Assembly (NCBI GenBank): GCA_003344405.1 | Contig: NOWV01000170.1 | Coordinates: 1-64,000, forward strand | DNA: 64,000 nucleotides | DNA from: Trichoplax sp. H2 | Lineage: Eukaryota | Direction: 5' to 3' | Part shown: positions 49,268 to 60,800 of the stretch, in pieces | Numbering within the stretch: position 1 is the first letter of the stretch | Layout of the letters: every line of letters starts with the position of its first letter | Program-made: the position numbers and the translations under genes | The notes under the pieces: model-generated | The model's input: only the letters and a program-made list of their open reading frames with translations | Told to the model about the DNA's origin: nothing | The model's database searches: none

Positions 49268-51975
49268 ATGGCCTCATTTCAGTCAATATTTCATGTTGAA
49301 CTACAAGATGATGACTTCGCCCTTGACGACGAGGTATGTACAGTGTATAGATAGTGTACGTATAAACATTGTAGTGCCATTATTCGTGGAAATAATGGTA
49401 GAGACAACTAAAATACTTATATTTAGTAGTCCCTGAAATGTTGTAAGTACATAGTATTGAAATTCGCGTACAGTCAAAAAATAGCATCAAATAACATACA
49501 GACAATATTCTTGGGTATTGATATTAATATTGCAATTATTACTGTTACTGTGTTCCTCCCTGAAGGAATTTGTGCAGGTTGTGAGTCAAATGGATGCTAC
49601 AAAAAGCACTGACTATAAGAATACCAATGATGACTCACCTGGCACTAAAAAGGCAATTACAAATAGTGAAAATGTAACTGAAAAATCATTAAAACGGAAA
49701 AAGCAGTTACAAGCTAGCCCACCAAATCATAAAAAGTCAATCCAGTCAGCATCTAATTCAATAAATACTGACAGTCAATTTGATGGCATAATCGACATGA
49801 ACGACTCACTTCTGTTGTTTGATGACGAAGATCCAGATGTACTGGAAACTTGTAATACAGATATTTCGTCACCTCGCCCACCACTTCAAAATCTAGTCAA
49901 TCATAACAATTTTTCAGCTAATGAAAATGCCTTACAATCCAATCAATGTGTCGATGCGGGTTCAAAAGATAGTACTAGGCTAAACGGCAATGAAATCACG
50001 AAATTGAAAACTAACTCAATCGTAAATAGTAAATACAATTTAAACAGAGTTAATAGCAGTTTCAATGGTAGTCCAAGCAGCCAAATTTCTGAAAGTAATT
50101 ACTCAAGGAACTTAATAAAAGCTAATGAAAGTAATAGTAGCACTACAAAGATAACCAGTATTTGTAAAGCCGCCACAATCAGCTCTAACGCTAATACAGA
50201 ATATAGTAAAGATAGCAACTTGCATAATTCAATTCAAAAAGAGAAAATATCCAAATGGAAAGCATCATTACAAAATAGCAACAAGAAGCATTCGAATTCA
50301 CTTATAGTTCGACGCTTTCCTGGACCTGCTGGTGTACTGCCAAGATTGGTGTGTTAACAGATTACCTGATAACTGACAACTTTTTTGTTAATACTAGTAG
50401 CTAATGTTTTTGATATTCTTGACTTCAGCGCCCTGGGCAAAAAGTAGAAGATGCAATAGCGGCCGTTTGCCGATCTGATACTTCAACATTTATAAAAGAA
50501 AATTCCCGATGGCCGGTAAATTTGCACTCACATAAAACGAACAGACTTATCTAATTGTTAAATATCGGTGTGGAAAGATAAAGATACTCCTAATACATCC
50601 TATTACTATTATATTCATATTCTTGTGTACTGTATTGTAGACTGAACTAAGTACGAATTGTAATCAAATTGAACACGAATTTCCAACTGAATTATGGGAA
50701 AAATCAATCAGCAACCTGCAAAAAAACGATAGTATGAATACGATCAATAACAGTATTCCAGAGATTACTGCATACCTGATGGTTAAAAAATGTACTAAGT
50801 AATACTGTATTATACCCCTTCAACTAGATTGCGCTAAATACTTTGACTATAACATCAACATGATTATGAAGATGGTACGTTAAATACCTAAATTCGTTTG
50901 CGTGATCTCCATAGTAATTTGTAGCCCGAAATAACGAACTCGCGTTTAAATTTATAAATTTCACAGGCTAAACGGAAGCAACTACCAAACAATCGTGTTC
51001 CAGGCCTTCTAACTATCCTAAAAAGTCTAACTCCAACCAACTCTGGAGCGACTGCTGTTTTCTCTGACCCTTCTGGTACAATTATCCTAAAGGGTACCTA
51101 ACAGATATATGTAGCTCAAAATTTGTTTTTTCTATAGGAGAAATAGTTGGCGCTCTGCATCAAAAAGTTCTCGAAGAAAATACAAAACTCCTAGTGCAAG
51201 GAGCTGTTGTAGTATTACAGAAAGTATGTAACTTATTCTGGAAATTACTATTGTAGCATTGTTAGCATCACCAATATAATTATGGTCAGATTAGGATATT
51301 ATAATATCGATCATCTTAATAACATTTCTTTCTATAAAAAAACAAAGGTATCTTTGCTTAGTCCTTCTTCAAAGCAACATTTCCTGAATATTGTCCCTGG
51401 TAATATATTTACGATATATTCACCCATAAATCTGGTAAGATAGCACACTTTTTTTTTACTTTAGTCATATAGTCGAAGTTTCTTATTCACGCCAAAAAAA
51501 CATGTTTATGTAAATTGATAGACTTCCAATGAAGATGATACCATTGCCACAGATGAAAAGTAAGAGTCGGGCTCTCATTTATATGCTAAGTTATTCTTTG
51601 TATACTGATTAATAAGCCTTACAATTTAATCTTAACCTACTGGACGACGATCTGAATTTCATAGTACTCCGGATTTTTATAATCGTTCTCCAAACAGTGC
51701 ACTTGTAAAAGAAGCCGAATCACTTCATGCGGACCATACGGATAGATTTATATGTAGTAATTCGATGAACACCAAACGTGACAAGGAATGCGAATACTCT
51801 AACAACTCCAAGTCACAAATACCAAATTTTTGTCATCTAAATTCCGAAGAAGGTAACTTTGAAACTTTCCTCATTTTTCCTTTGCTTTGTATTTATTGAT
51901 ATATCCGCATTTATAGATGTAGATACCCTACTGAAGGACTTATTGGATGACGATCTATCTGAAGCGCTATTATAA
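49268..51975 (+). CDS. HROB: Homologous recombination OB-fold protein (C17orf53/MCM8IP family), ~11 exons
   Basis: N-terminus MASFQSIFHVELQDDDFALDDE|EFVQVV, then a long Ser/Asn-rich disordered exon ending in the RRFPGPAGVLP motif. OB-fold segment RVPGLLTILKSL...AVFSDPSGEIVGALHQKVLE...LVQGAVVVLQKVSLLSPSSKQHFLNIVPGNI. Acidic tail DVDTLLKDLLDDDLSEALL* with stop at 51973-51975. Confidence 0.9.
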
Positions 51976-52480
51976 TACTAAAAATAATTTTTAAATTTGT
52001 TTTATGAATAATAATATTGTTAGGGTTAGCGACAAGATCTTTATCATTTGCTCGCTTAAAGTGTATTAATACATCCAATCTTGTATGCAAGTAATTCTTG
52101 TCAATAATTAAGCGAAATACGGCGTCAGTAGCGGTTCCAACATCATGTGATGATGAAATTGTTTGTAACTGCAGTACATAATATGTCTTCAAAAATTGTA
52201 TGGAGGCTGATGACTTGTAATTTCAGATACTGTAATGACCATCTTAGCATTTCTTTTTAAAAGAGGATAAGATCTCAAATCTACATATTTGCTGTATTAA
52301 CTCTTTATTTAAATAATAATGTTCAGTTTTCATTTTGATAAATAATTCTAGCGTCATTTAGTATGAAGCTCCTATTAATTCATTAGTATAATCTTATGCG
52401 GACACGTGTAGATCTAATTATTATTGAAACATTCATGTATAAAGTGTAGGCACGTAGTTAGCATGATCTGGTACTGTATT

Positions 52481-52596
52481 TCATGATCATTACGGTAATA
52501 CTGTATGTACGAATCGCAATAAGAATTCAAAATGTGTATGATGATCATGGTGGTAATACTGTATGTACGAATTATAATAATAAGAATTCAAAATGT
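52481..52596. repeat. Short tandem duplication (~58 bp x2)
   Basis: ATGATCAT...GGTAATACTGTATGTACGAAT...AATAAGAATTCAAAATGT occurs twice. Confidence 0.8.
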
Positions 52597-53488
52597 CAAT
52601 AATGATATATTAATAAAATCTCGATTTGTGCACAGTATATGTAAATGATTTGATATTCAAAAATAGACAGTAGTATCCAAACTAATAATAATAATAATAT
52701 CGTGAAGCTGTCAATGAGGTTCTCATGTAAGTTGTCTACAACACGAATTCTATTACTAAACTTGATGACTAGTAAGTAGTACAGTAACATGAAGATGGTT
52801 CAATGGAAGCTCATACTGGGTGGATATCGGCAGCCACTGAAATTGTTCGACGCTAGTTATGTAAATAAATGGCACACGCACGCTAACGGCAGACATTACA
52901 ATACTACTATAGCAATGTGCAGTATGGCCCTACACATGGCATCAAACAGTACTGTGTACAGTATACTATGTTTACCTCCACTATTACTTTTGGAGGACTG
53001 CATATTTAGCATGGCACGGTCCGCCAATAACCTACCACCACGTCATAAACGCACAATACAAGACTTTCTGGACAAGCAAAGTACTCAAGTCATGAAGACA
53101 AAGTACTATAAAATGACAAAAGCGCTTGGTAACCGATATCTTATTGTACGACAGCCAGCTGATTGGTTTGCTGCAGATCACAAGCGGTTTGCACCGGATA
53201 TTTGCAATCATTCAACGTGTTGCGTGTAGAAACGTTAGGCTACTGAGATTGTTGAATTTTGGTAAGCTAGGGAGAAATCTTGGTGTAAGTTAATACTGAA
53301 AATTGTTGCTGTTGCATTCAATCTTTGTAGGCAGTGGTCAAGTACAGCAGGTTACATGATATATAGGCGTATAAATTTTGACACCTGGAGTCTTAGATTA
53401 GCTTGATTATCTTTCAACGTATCTCCAGATAGAAATGAAAGGTTTTATCAGTTAATCTAATCTTTAGATTGTATATCGATATACAGTA

Positions 53489-54455
53489 CAATAGTATCGA
53501 CTCTCCTTTACTAGACTGTCTCATTAATAACCGTAAAGTTGGAAATTTGATGCTTCAAATACAGTAGATTGTCTCGTCCATGCCCAAAAAGTTCGAAATT
53601 TGACGCTTAAACTACCCTACGTATATACATCTTTCAATTCAATTATAGATATCTATTCACTACTGCAGGTTGTCTCATTGATAGCCATAAAGTTTAAATT
53701 TTGGTGCTTGTACAAACTTGTTCATCGTTCAAATTCGCTTGGAGATGAACTAGTCTCTGCGTTATATGATATGATATATTGTAGTAGTATCAAGGTTTTA
53801 TCAGCTAATCTAATCTTTGGATTGTATATATCTACAATCCAATAGTATCGACTCTCCTTTACTAGACTGTCTCATTAATAACCGTAAAGTTGGAAATTTG
53901 ATGCTTCAAATACAGTAGATTGTCTCGTCCAAGCCCAAAAAGTTCGAAATTTGACGCTTAAACTACCCTACGTATATACATCTTTCAATTCAATTATAGA
54001 TATCTATTCACTACTGCAGGTTGTCTCATTGATAGCCATAAAGTTTAAATTTTGGTGCTTGTACAAACTTGTTCATCGTTCAAATTCGCTTGGAGATGAA
54101 CTAGTCTTTGCGTTATATGATATGATATATTGTAGTAGTATCAAGGTTTTATCAGCTAATCTAACCTTTGGATTGTATATATATATATATTATACATATA
54201 TATACAATCCAATAGTATCGACTCTCCTTTACTAGGCTGTCTCATTAATAACCGTAAAGTTGGAAATTTGACGCTTAAACTACCCTACGTATATATCTTT
54301 CAATTCACTTATAGATATCTATTCAGTACTGTAGGTTGTCTCATCTATAGCTATAAAGTTTGAATTTTGGTGCTTGTACAAACTTGTTCATCGTTCAAAT
54401 TCGCTTGGAGATGAACTAGTCTTTGAGTTATATGATATATTGTACTAGTATCAAC
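53489..54455. repeat. Tandem repeat of ~351 bp (two full copies plus a deleted third), probably in the 5' UTR intron of the RAP gene
   Basis: CAATAGTATCGACTCTCCTTTACTAG occurs at ~53489, ~53840 and ~54210. The duplicated ORFs at 53600 and 53951 are 351 bp apart. An (AT)n expansion lies at ~54176-54203. Confidence 0.93.
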
Positions 54456-54746
54456 TCTCTAGTAAAGTACATTGTCTCATCTATAACTGAAAAAGTTTTA
54501 ATTTCGATGCTTTACTAACTTGTTAATCCTTGAAATCACTTGTAAATGAATCTTTTTTTAAGTTTGTATCTGCTAATCTATCTTTTGAGTAGTATTTATT
54601 ATTACGTATACATGCACGAGTTTGCGGTAGTGTTAAAGCTCTAGCACTGTATGTTGTCTCATCCTTGATCAAAGTATTGAATGTTGGATTGCTAAAACTA
54701 CCTGTTCACTCTTTCAAATGACCTACAGGTAAACTTCATCATCATT

Positions 54747-56216
54747 ATGTTGAAGAACATTATCATCGTCGCAGCTATTGGCATATTAGCTTTCTATATA
54801 TTCCCATCTACAAAGAACGAACTGCCAACGTCCGATAAACCTTTCAAAACTAAAAATGCTAACCGTGTTTGGGTGAAAGCTAAAGAAGTACTAAAGGACG
54901 ATAGTCTCAAAAGGCTATATAAAGAATTAAAAACTAAAGACCAAGAATTAATCCAATGGAAGAAAGACAATCGTGATAAGGAAGTTAAAGATACTGCCAT
55001 CAAAGAGAAATTACTAGCAGAAATTAAATCCATAAAGGAAAAGTACAATTTAACCGATGACGGTGTAAAGAAAGCAACACAGGAACCACTCAGATTTAAA
55101 GATTCTCGTTTGCAAGAAATTTGGAGCCAGGTATCCAAATCTCCTTATTACCATTCTTATGAACTGGATAGAATGATGGAAGAAATGGATGATTTGCAAA
55201 ACAAAATTGATAAAGTCAAACGTGAAACAGCTGATGATAACCAAGATGGAAAATCTCAATCCAAACGTAGGTCTAATATACGTATTATCTAATTTTATAC
55301 ATGGATCATGATGACAGTAAATTTTGTATGAGCATACGAGTATAATCACATAAACAATATCAATCATATGCAATGACTAAGTCAAATATGCCCTTGGCTC
55401 AAAAATTATAGACTACTACTCTATCAGTTTTATAAGTCTACAGAATGCGTGATGCTGCTTTAGAGTCTCCTTTGGAGCTATACTCATAATGACTATTTGC
55501 ATGGTACTGTAGGCACACAGAATGCTAGGATGTAATCTTGTATGAAAGAATCGTAATTTTAATTCTTAGATATCTCGACGGTGATACATTAGTTTACTTT
55601 ATTTTATTTGCAATTTTGCCGATTGTAGTAAAATTTACTTTATTTTCCTTTACCAACTTAGCAATGCATGTAGGCGATTAGCACATGTACCTGTACAATC
55701 AATTATATTATAATTATATAATATAAGTTGTTGGTCTTATGCATATACTTAATTAATATGCAATTTTATTTGGTATCGACTAATGTTATAGCTTACAAAA
55801 AGGTGAATAAGGAACTAAAACAATTACATGATCAAGTACAGGAAGATATAAAAGTTCTAGATCAGAAGCACAAAGCTACAGCTAATATGATGCAGAATTC
55901 ACAAATTTTAGAACTATGGAATTTCGCTCTAGATAAAAAATATGGTTTAACTGGTGAAGAATGTGAAAATATCAAAGAAGATTTACGCCACATGTACGCC
56001 AAAGTATTAAAGCAATCCAGATTTTTAGCTAGAGCTCGATCTTTTAGAAAATTTGACGTTGAGGCTCGAGAAATGGGTTATGAAGATGATATGATGGATC
56101 CAGAAATGCAGGATATTGTAAGAGGTCAACAAAAAGTTATACAGAAATGGTATCTTTCTATCTATAGACGAATAACAGGGGAGAATCCACCTGGTATAAA
56201 TCCAGACCTTCTGTAG
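54747..56216 (+). CDS. LRPAP1: Alpha-2-macroglobulin receptor-associated protein (RAP)-like LDL-receptor-family chaperone, 2 coding exons (54747-55266, 55792-56216), ~314 aa
   Basis: Hydrophobic N-terminus followed by three RAP-like helical repeats: PFKTKNANRVWVKA...LYKELKTKDQELIQWKK, FKDSRLQEIWSQV...ELDRMMEEM and QILELWNFA...EECENIKEDLRHMYAKV. A phase-1 intron AAAC|GTAGGT...TTATAG|CT keeps the frame. Confidence 0.8.
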
Positions 56217-57834
56217 TGTCTAAATTTCATTGCTTAAGGTGGATTTAATCTAAAACTAAATAAGAGAGTGTCTTATCAGTTAATGTTTATAATTGCAAAA
56301 AAATATTACCGGTACTATTTTATCTTTAACATATAGACTGTGTAACGTTTTATAGGCTTGGTGAAGTTTTACATTTTTTACCATTATTATTTCATTTCAG
56401 TGTAGAGATCAGAAAAAAAATTTTTGCGGAATTACTGGCACCCTGTAATCCGTCTAATATTTACTACAATGAATACGTGATTGCTATTGATAAATGTGAC
56501 ATCATATAGGTCGATTCGATCAGGACCTACGATAGTCTTGTACTCCTGATTGGTTCATGACCGAAAATATGTGCAATTACTGTTTATCAGAACTAAAAAT
56601 TTAAGCTTTGCCTTATCATTTGATAAATTTAGTGCTTTATAGTGCTGTTATAATTGCCTAATGTACAACATCGTATTTTCATTGGACTTTGGAAAATAAT
56701 TTAAATCCTTTGCGGTATAAGTCAGCCATATTGTTATAGAAGCTGGTTTGCTGAGTTATTGATCAACAATAAATCGTATTAAATTGTCCTATTACATATT
56801 TGAATACTCTATTTCATTTTGGTCAGTAGCTGTCTCAAATTGAAAACTGATTACATTTAATATTCTTATGCTGCAGCTCGATTTTTTTCTTTCAATTGCT
56901 GTATGCGGGCGCGTAGTACCATCGTAGTAAAACTTCGTGCTAGTGTATTTAAAATTTCAGTTATAATTCCTGATTTCAACCTACTTAAGAATCCACTTGC
57001 AGGCTTCATCCAAATTGATTATATACTGGTAGGCTAAGCAACATGCGACAAGCTATAGTAAGCATCAGAAATCTGTCATCACCATGACAACAGGCAATCC
57101 CATTTCTCTGAGTAAAACTAATACTGTATCATAGTAATTCACTTATTCTATACAAACTATCACAAAACTTTCCTCGCCAATGATCCATAAACTTAAGTCC
57201 TTAATTTTTAATATTAGCGCACGTATGCCACGGATAAAAAAGTTTATCTCGTGTGATTTGCATTAAGCCATTAGTTCCTAGAACACCTTGTAATAATAAA
57301 TTTGTTTTTAATTTTCGCTCAACAGAAATATGCGCTTATAGTAGTATTTCCTAGGATGTTGTTATAAATCATTTTTATTTAATAGCTAGGGCGTGTACAA
57401 GAAGAAAAGTTTACTAAATTTGATATGGTATCTATCCAATTCAAATTTTAGATCCGCCTTCTATAACATCAGCTTACGGTCGGTATAATTAGCGCATTAA
57501 AATTGCTTTACTTACAACCTTACAAGTAGTATCACATAAGCCAGCTTCCCTAAAGTGATTACTGCCTACTGTAATATTAATCAGACTTCTTTCTGGAAAA
57601 CGGCCGCCGTAGATAACAAGGTGATTGAGATTTTAGTAATTTACTCTTTACAAAATTAATTTCAAAGCAGGATTCGTACTTCCTGTAGTCAATACTTGTT
57701 AGAAGCTTATTTCTTCTATGGTAAGTTACGTATCTTATGATATACGTATACATTAATTATTAAAGCATTTTTATTTCATATTTTTTGTGTATAATGTCTA
57801 TAGCTGGTATACGAATCTGTAGAAGTTAGTAATT

Positions 57835-60800
57835 ATGGCGGCACAACACCAGCTGGAAACGGTATCTCGAATTCTTAGAGGAGACTTTACTACCGATCAA
57901 AAGATCGATTCCAAAATTATACGCATATTTACAAGTTCTACCTTTACTGGTAAGACATAGATTGAATAAACGGAGTTAAAACTAAGCATATATACAAGCA
58001 TTCAGATACGTTTGACTTAAAGGTATCTCAATAGTCATTTTTGATTCACATCTGCAGTATCATACTGGTACAGTTGACAAATCAATATTTCTTTATCCAT
58101 CAATACATTTGAACCATTTAGATACTGAAGCAGAACGTAATACTCTAATGGAGAAAGTCTACCCTCGATTAAGAATCCATTGCCAGAAAGCTGGATTCGA
58201 GTTTCAAGTAGTGGATATGCGTTGGGGAATTAAAGATGCCTCAACTGATGATCATTCTGTAGTTGAAATCTGCATGAAACAGATCGAGCAAAGTAGACAA
58301 GTCTCCGTTGGCCCATATTTTATAGTAAGAGACTATGCCTATTACAGTATTAAAGCTACTATTCGGATTAAATTATTTCTTTGAGAAAATACCATAATAT
58401 ATAGGAAGCGTTTATAAGAATAAATGTAATTTTATCCATAGGCTCTCCTAGGCCAGAAATACGGTTATAGACCACTACCCGTTCAAATTGATTCTGTTGA
58501 GTTTAATAAATTACTGGCTAGCATTAAGAGCGATCATGAGGCAGACCGGTTACTTCTGCAAGAGTGGTACTATGAAGATACTAATTCAATACCACCAGTT
58601 AACATTTTACAACCAATTAGTTCCAAATACCCTCATTATGTTAACAATCAGGAAAAGGAATTGCAAGACGAAGCTAGACAATCATGGTGGGCAACTTATA
58701 ATCGACTTGGGATTATATTAAGAGATTTAGCTGATCGGTTGGACATTACACAAGATAGTAAGAAGAAGTATTTCATTTCAGGTTGGTATAGTCATTCCTT
58801 AGCAATTAATTTGGCTTCATAGATTACTGAATCAGTAGAGTAGATCATAAATCTTAAGTCAAGAAATCTAACATGTAAACATTATCTTTGCTTAGTGACA
58901 GAAAGGGAGATCCATCAAGCCGTTTTTCAAGGCAACGGTGAAAATAATCATTATTGCTTATGCTTTAAACGAACAATAAGTGATTTAGATCATATGATTG
59001 CTAGTGGTAGTAAACAAGCTGAGCTTTATACGGATGTAGTATCGACAACACAAGAAGTTGATACTCGAGCTCAGACTTTATTAGCTCAACTACGTGAATC
59101 TAAATTACCCGAAAAATTGCCATCAAGTAATATTCTTCACCACACCGTAGAGTTAAATCAGAGTTTAAAGATTGATCGAACTGCTCATCAAGAATATATT
59201 GCTAGTTTTTGCGATGATTATTATCAAAAATTAATGGAGCTAATTAATGCTTCTATCAAGGACTATCATAACAAACAGGAAATTGTTCATGACCCATTAG
59301 TCGTGGAAATTTTACAACATATTCGTTTCTGTCGAGAAAAATGTCGTACATTCCATGGCCGAGAATCGCTATTAGCTCAAGTACAAGCTTATATCAAGCA
59401 GAAGCAGCCATCCCTTTCGCCCTATGCTGTTTACGGTGAATCTGGCAGCGGTAAAACAACATTCATGGCAAAAGTAGCTTATGAATGCAATCAATGGTTA
59501 GATTGCCCTTCTGCCGTCGTTGTGTTGCGCTTTATAGGAATAACGCCGACATCTTCTAACCTTCGTACCTTATTGCATAGTATTTGTACTCAAGCTGACC
59601 GTGCTTATGGATATAGCACAAGGCTGATACCAAAGGTAGGCCAATTTATCAACTCTTTATCATATTCTACTTACTTTTAATTACAGTTTCGTGAATTATT
59701 AGAACTATTAATGTACAATATAGGCTATATATCGGATGCATCTCATGTTCAGATAATCTTTTATATTATATCAATAATTATAATGACCAATATTTTTACT
59801 ATACATCTATTCCATCCGCCAGTGTTTATTTTCATAAAATTTGGGATAATGTATACTTAGATTGCGTACAGTAAAATCGTTGCTACACTCATAATTATCG
59901 TCTTTAAATTACTAGATAACAGTTCGTTATGACAATTTCTGCATAAATGAGATAAGCAGGATGTGATTGATTTGCTTATAAAATAAATGATTCAGTAAGC
60001 CCTTTAGCAAATTGAATCCAGCGTTTTCAAAGTTATAGCTGTAGAGTAGTAGTAATGAAATTAAAAACTAATTATAAAATGTAATATTCAAGTAAAACGT
60101 AAATGCGGCTAAATACAGTCTTCTACTAATAATAATATCTTTCTATCTTTCCTATAACAGCATTTACAAGAACTTATCGACTACTTCACTACCGTTACAG
60201 TCTCCAGAGGAACCGATAGCAAACCCTTAATTATCTGCTTAGATTCCTTAGATCAGTTATCACCAGAAAACGGAGCACTATTACTAGGTTGGCTACCCCA
60301 AACTTGTAGTAGCTCTTTCAAATTAATAACGTCTACTCTATCAGATGATCAGTACCCATGCTATAAGAAATTAATCTCATTTATTCCTACCAGCCATGTT
60401 TTAAAAGTCCCTACTCTAAACAATTCTGATGCTAAGACAGTTCTGCAAAACTGCCTAAAGCTAAGCAATCGAAAAATCAATCAATCACAACAGCAACTGA
60501 TAGATGAAGCATTTACTCAGTGCTCTTTGCCCTTATACGTCAAGCTCATTTCTCATCAAGCAGAGCAATGGCATTCGTTTACGCCTATCCAAGAATTAAA
60601 ATTAGACTTTACTGTTGACCAAGTTATCCAGCACTATTTTCAACAATTAGAAGAAAAATATGGTAAAATTTATGTTTCGCATTGCTTGGCATATATTACC
60701 GCTAGTAAGAACGGATTAACTGAGTTTGAAATTGAAGATCTTTTATCATGTGATGATCAAGTTCTAAATGAAATCTTTCAATATTGGACGCCACCTATTC

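Noticed and set aside
52789-53229. 146-aa ORF upstream of the RAP-like gene
   Set aside because: No recognisable motif. It overlaps the likely promoter/first non-coding exon region (donor-like GGTAAG at ~53261). It cannot be fully excluded without expression data.
53600-54235. Duplicated 81/94-aa ORFs
   Set aside because: They are translations of the 351-bp tandem repeat with non-ATG starts and no protein-like features.
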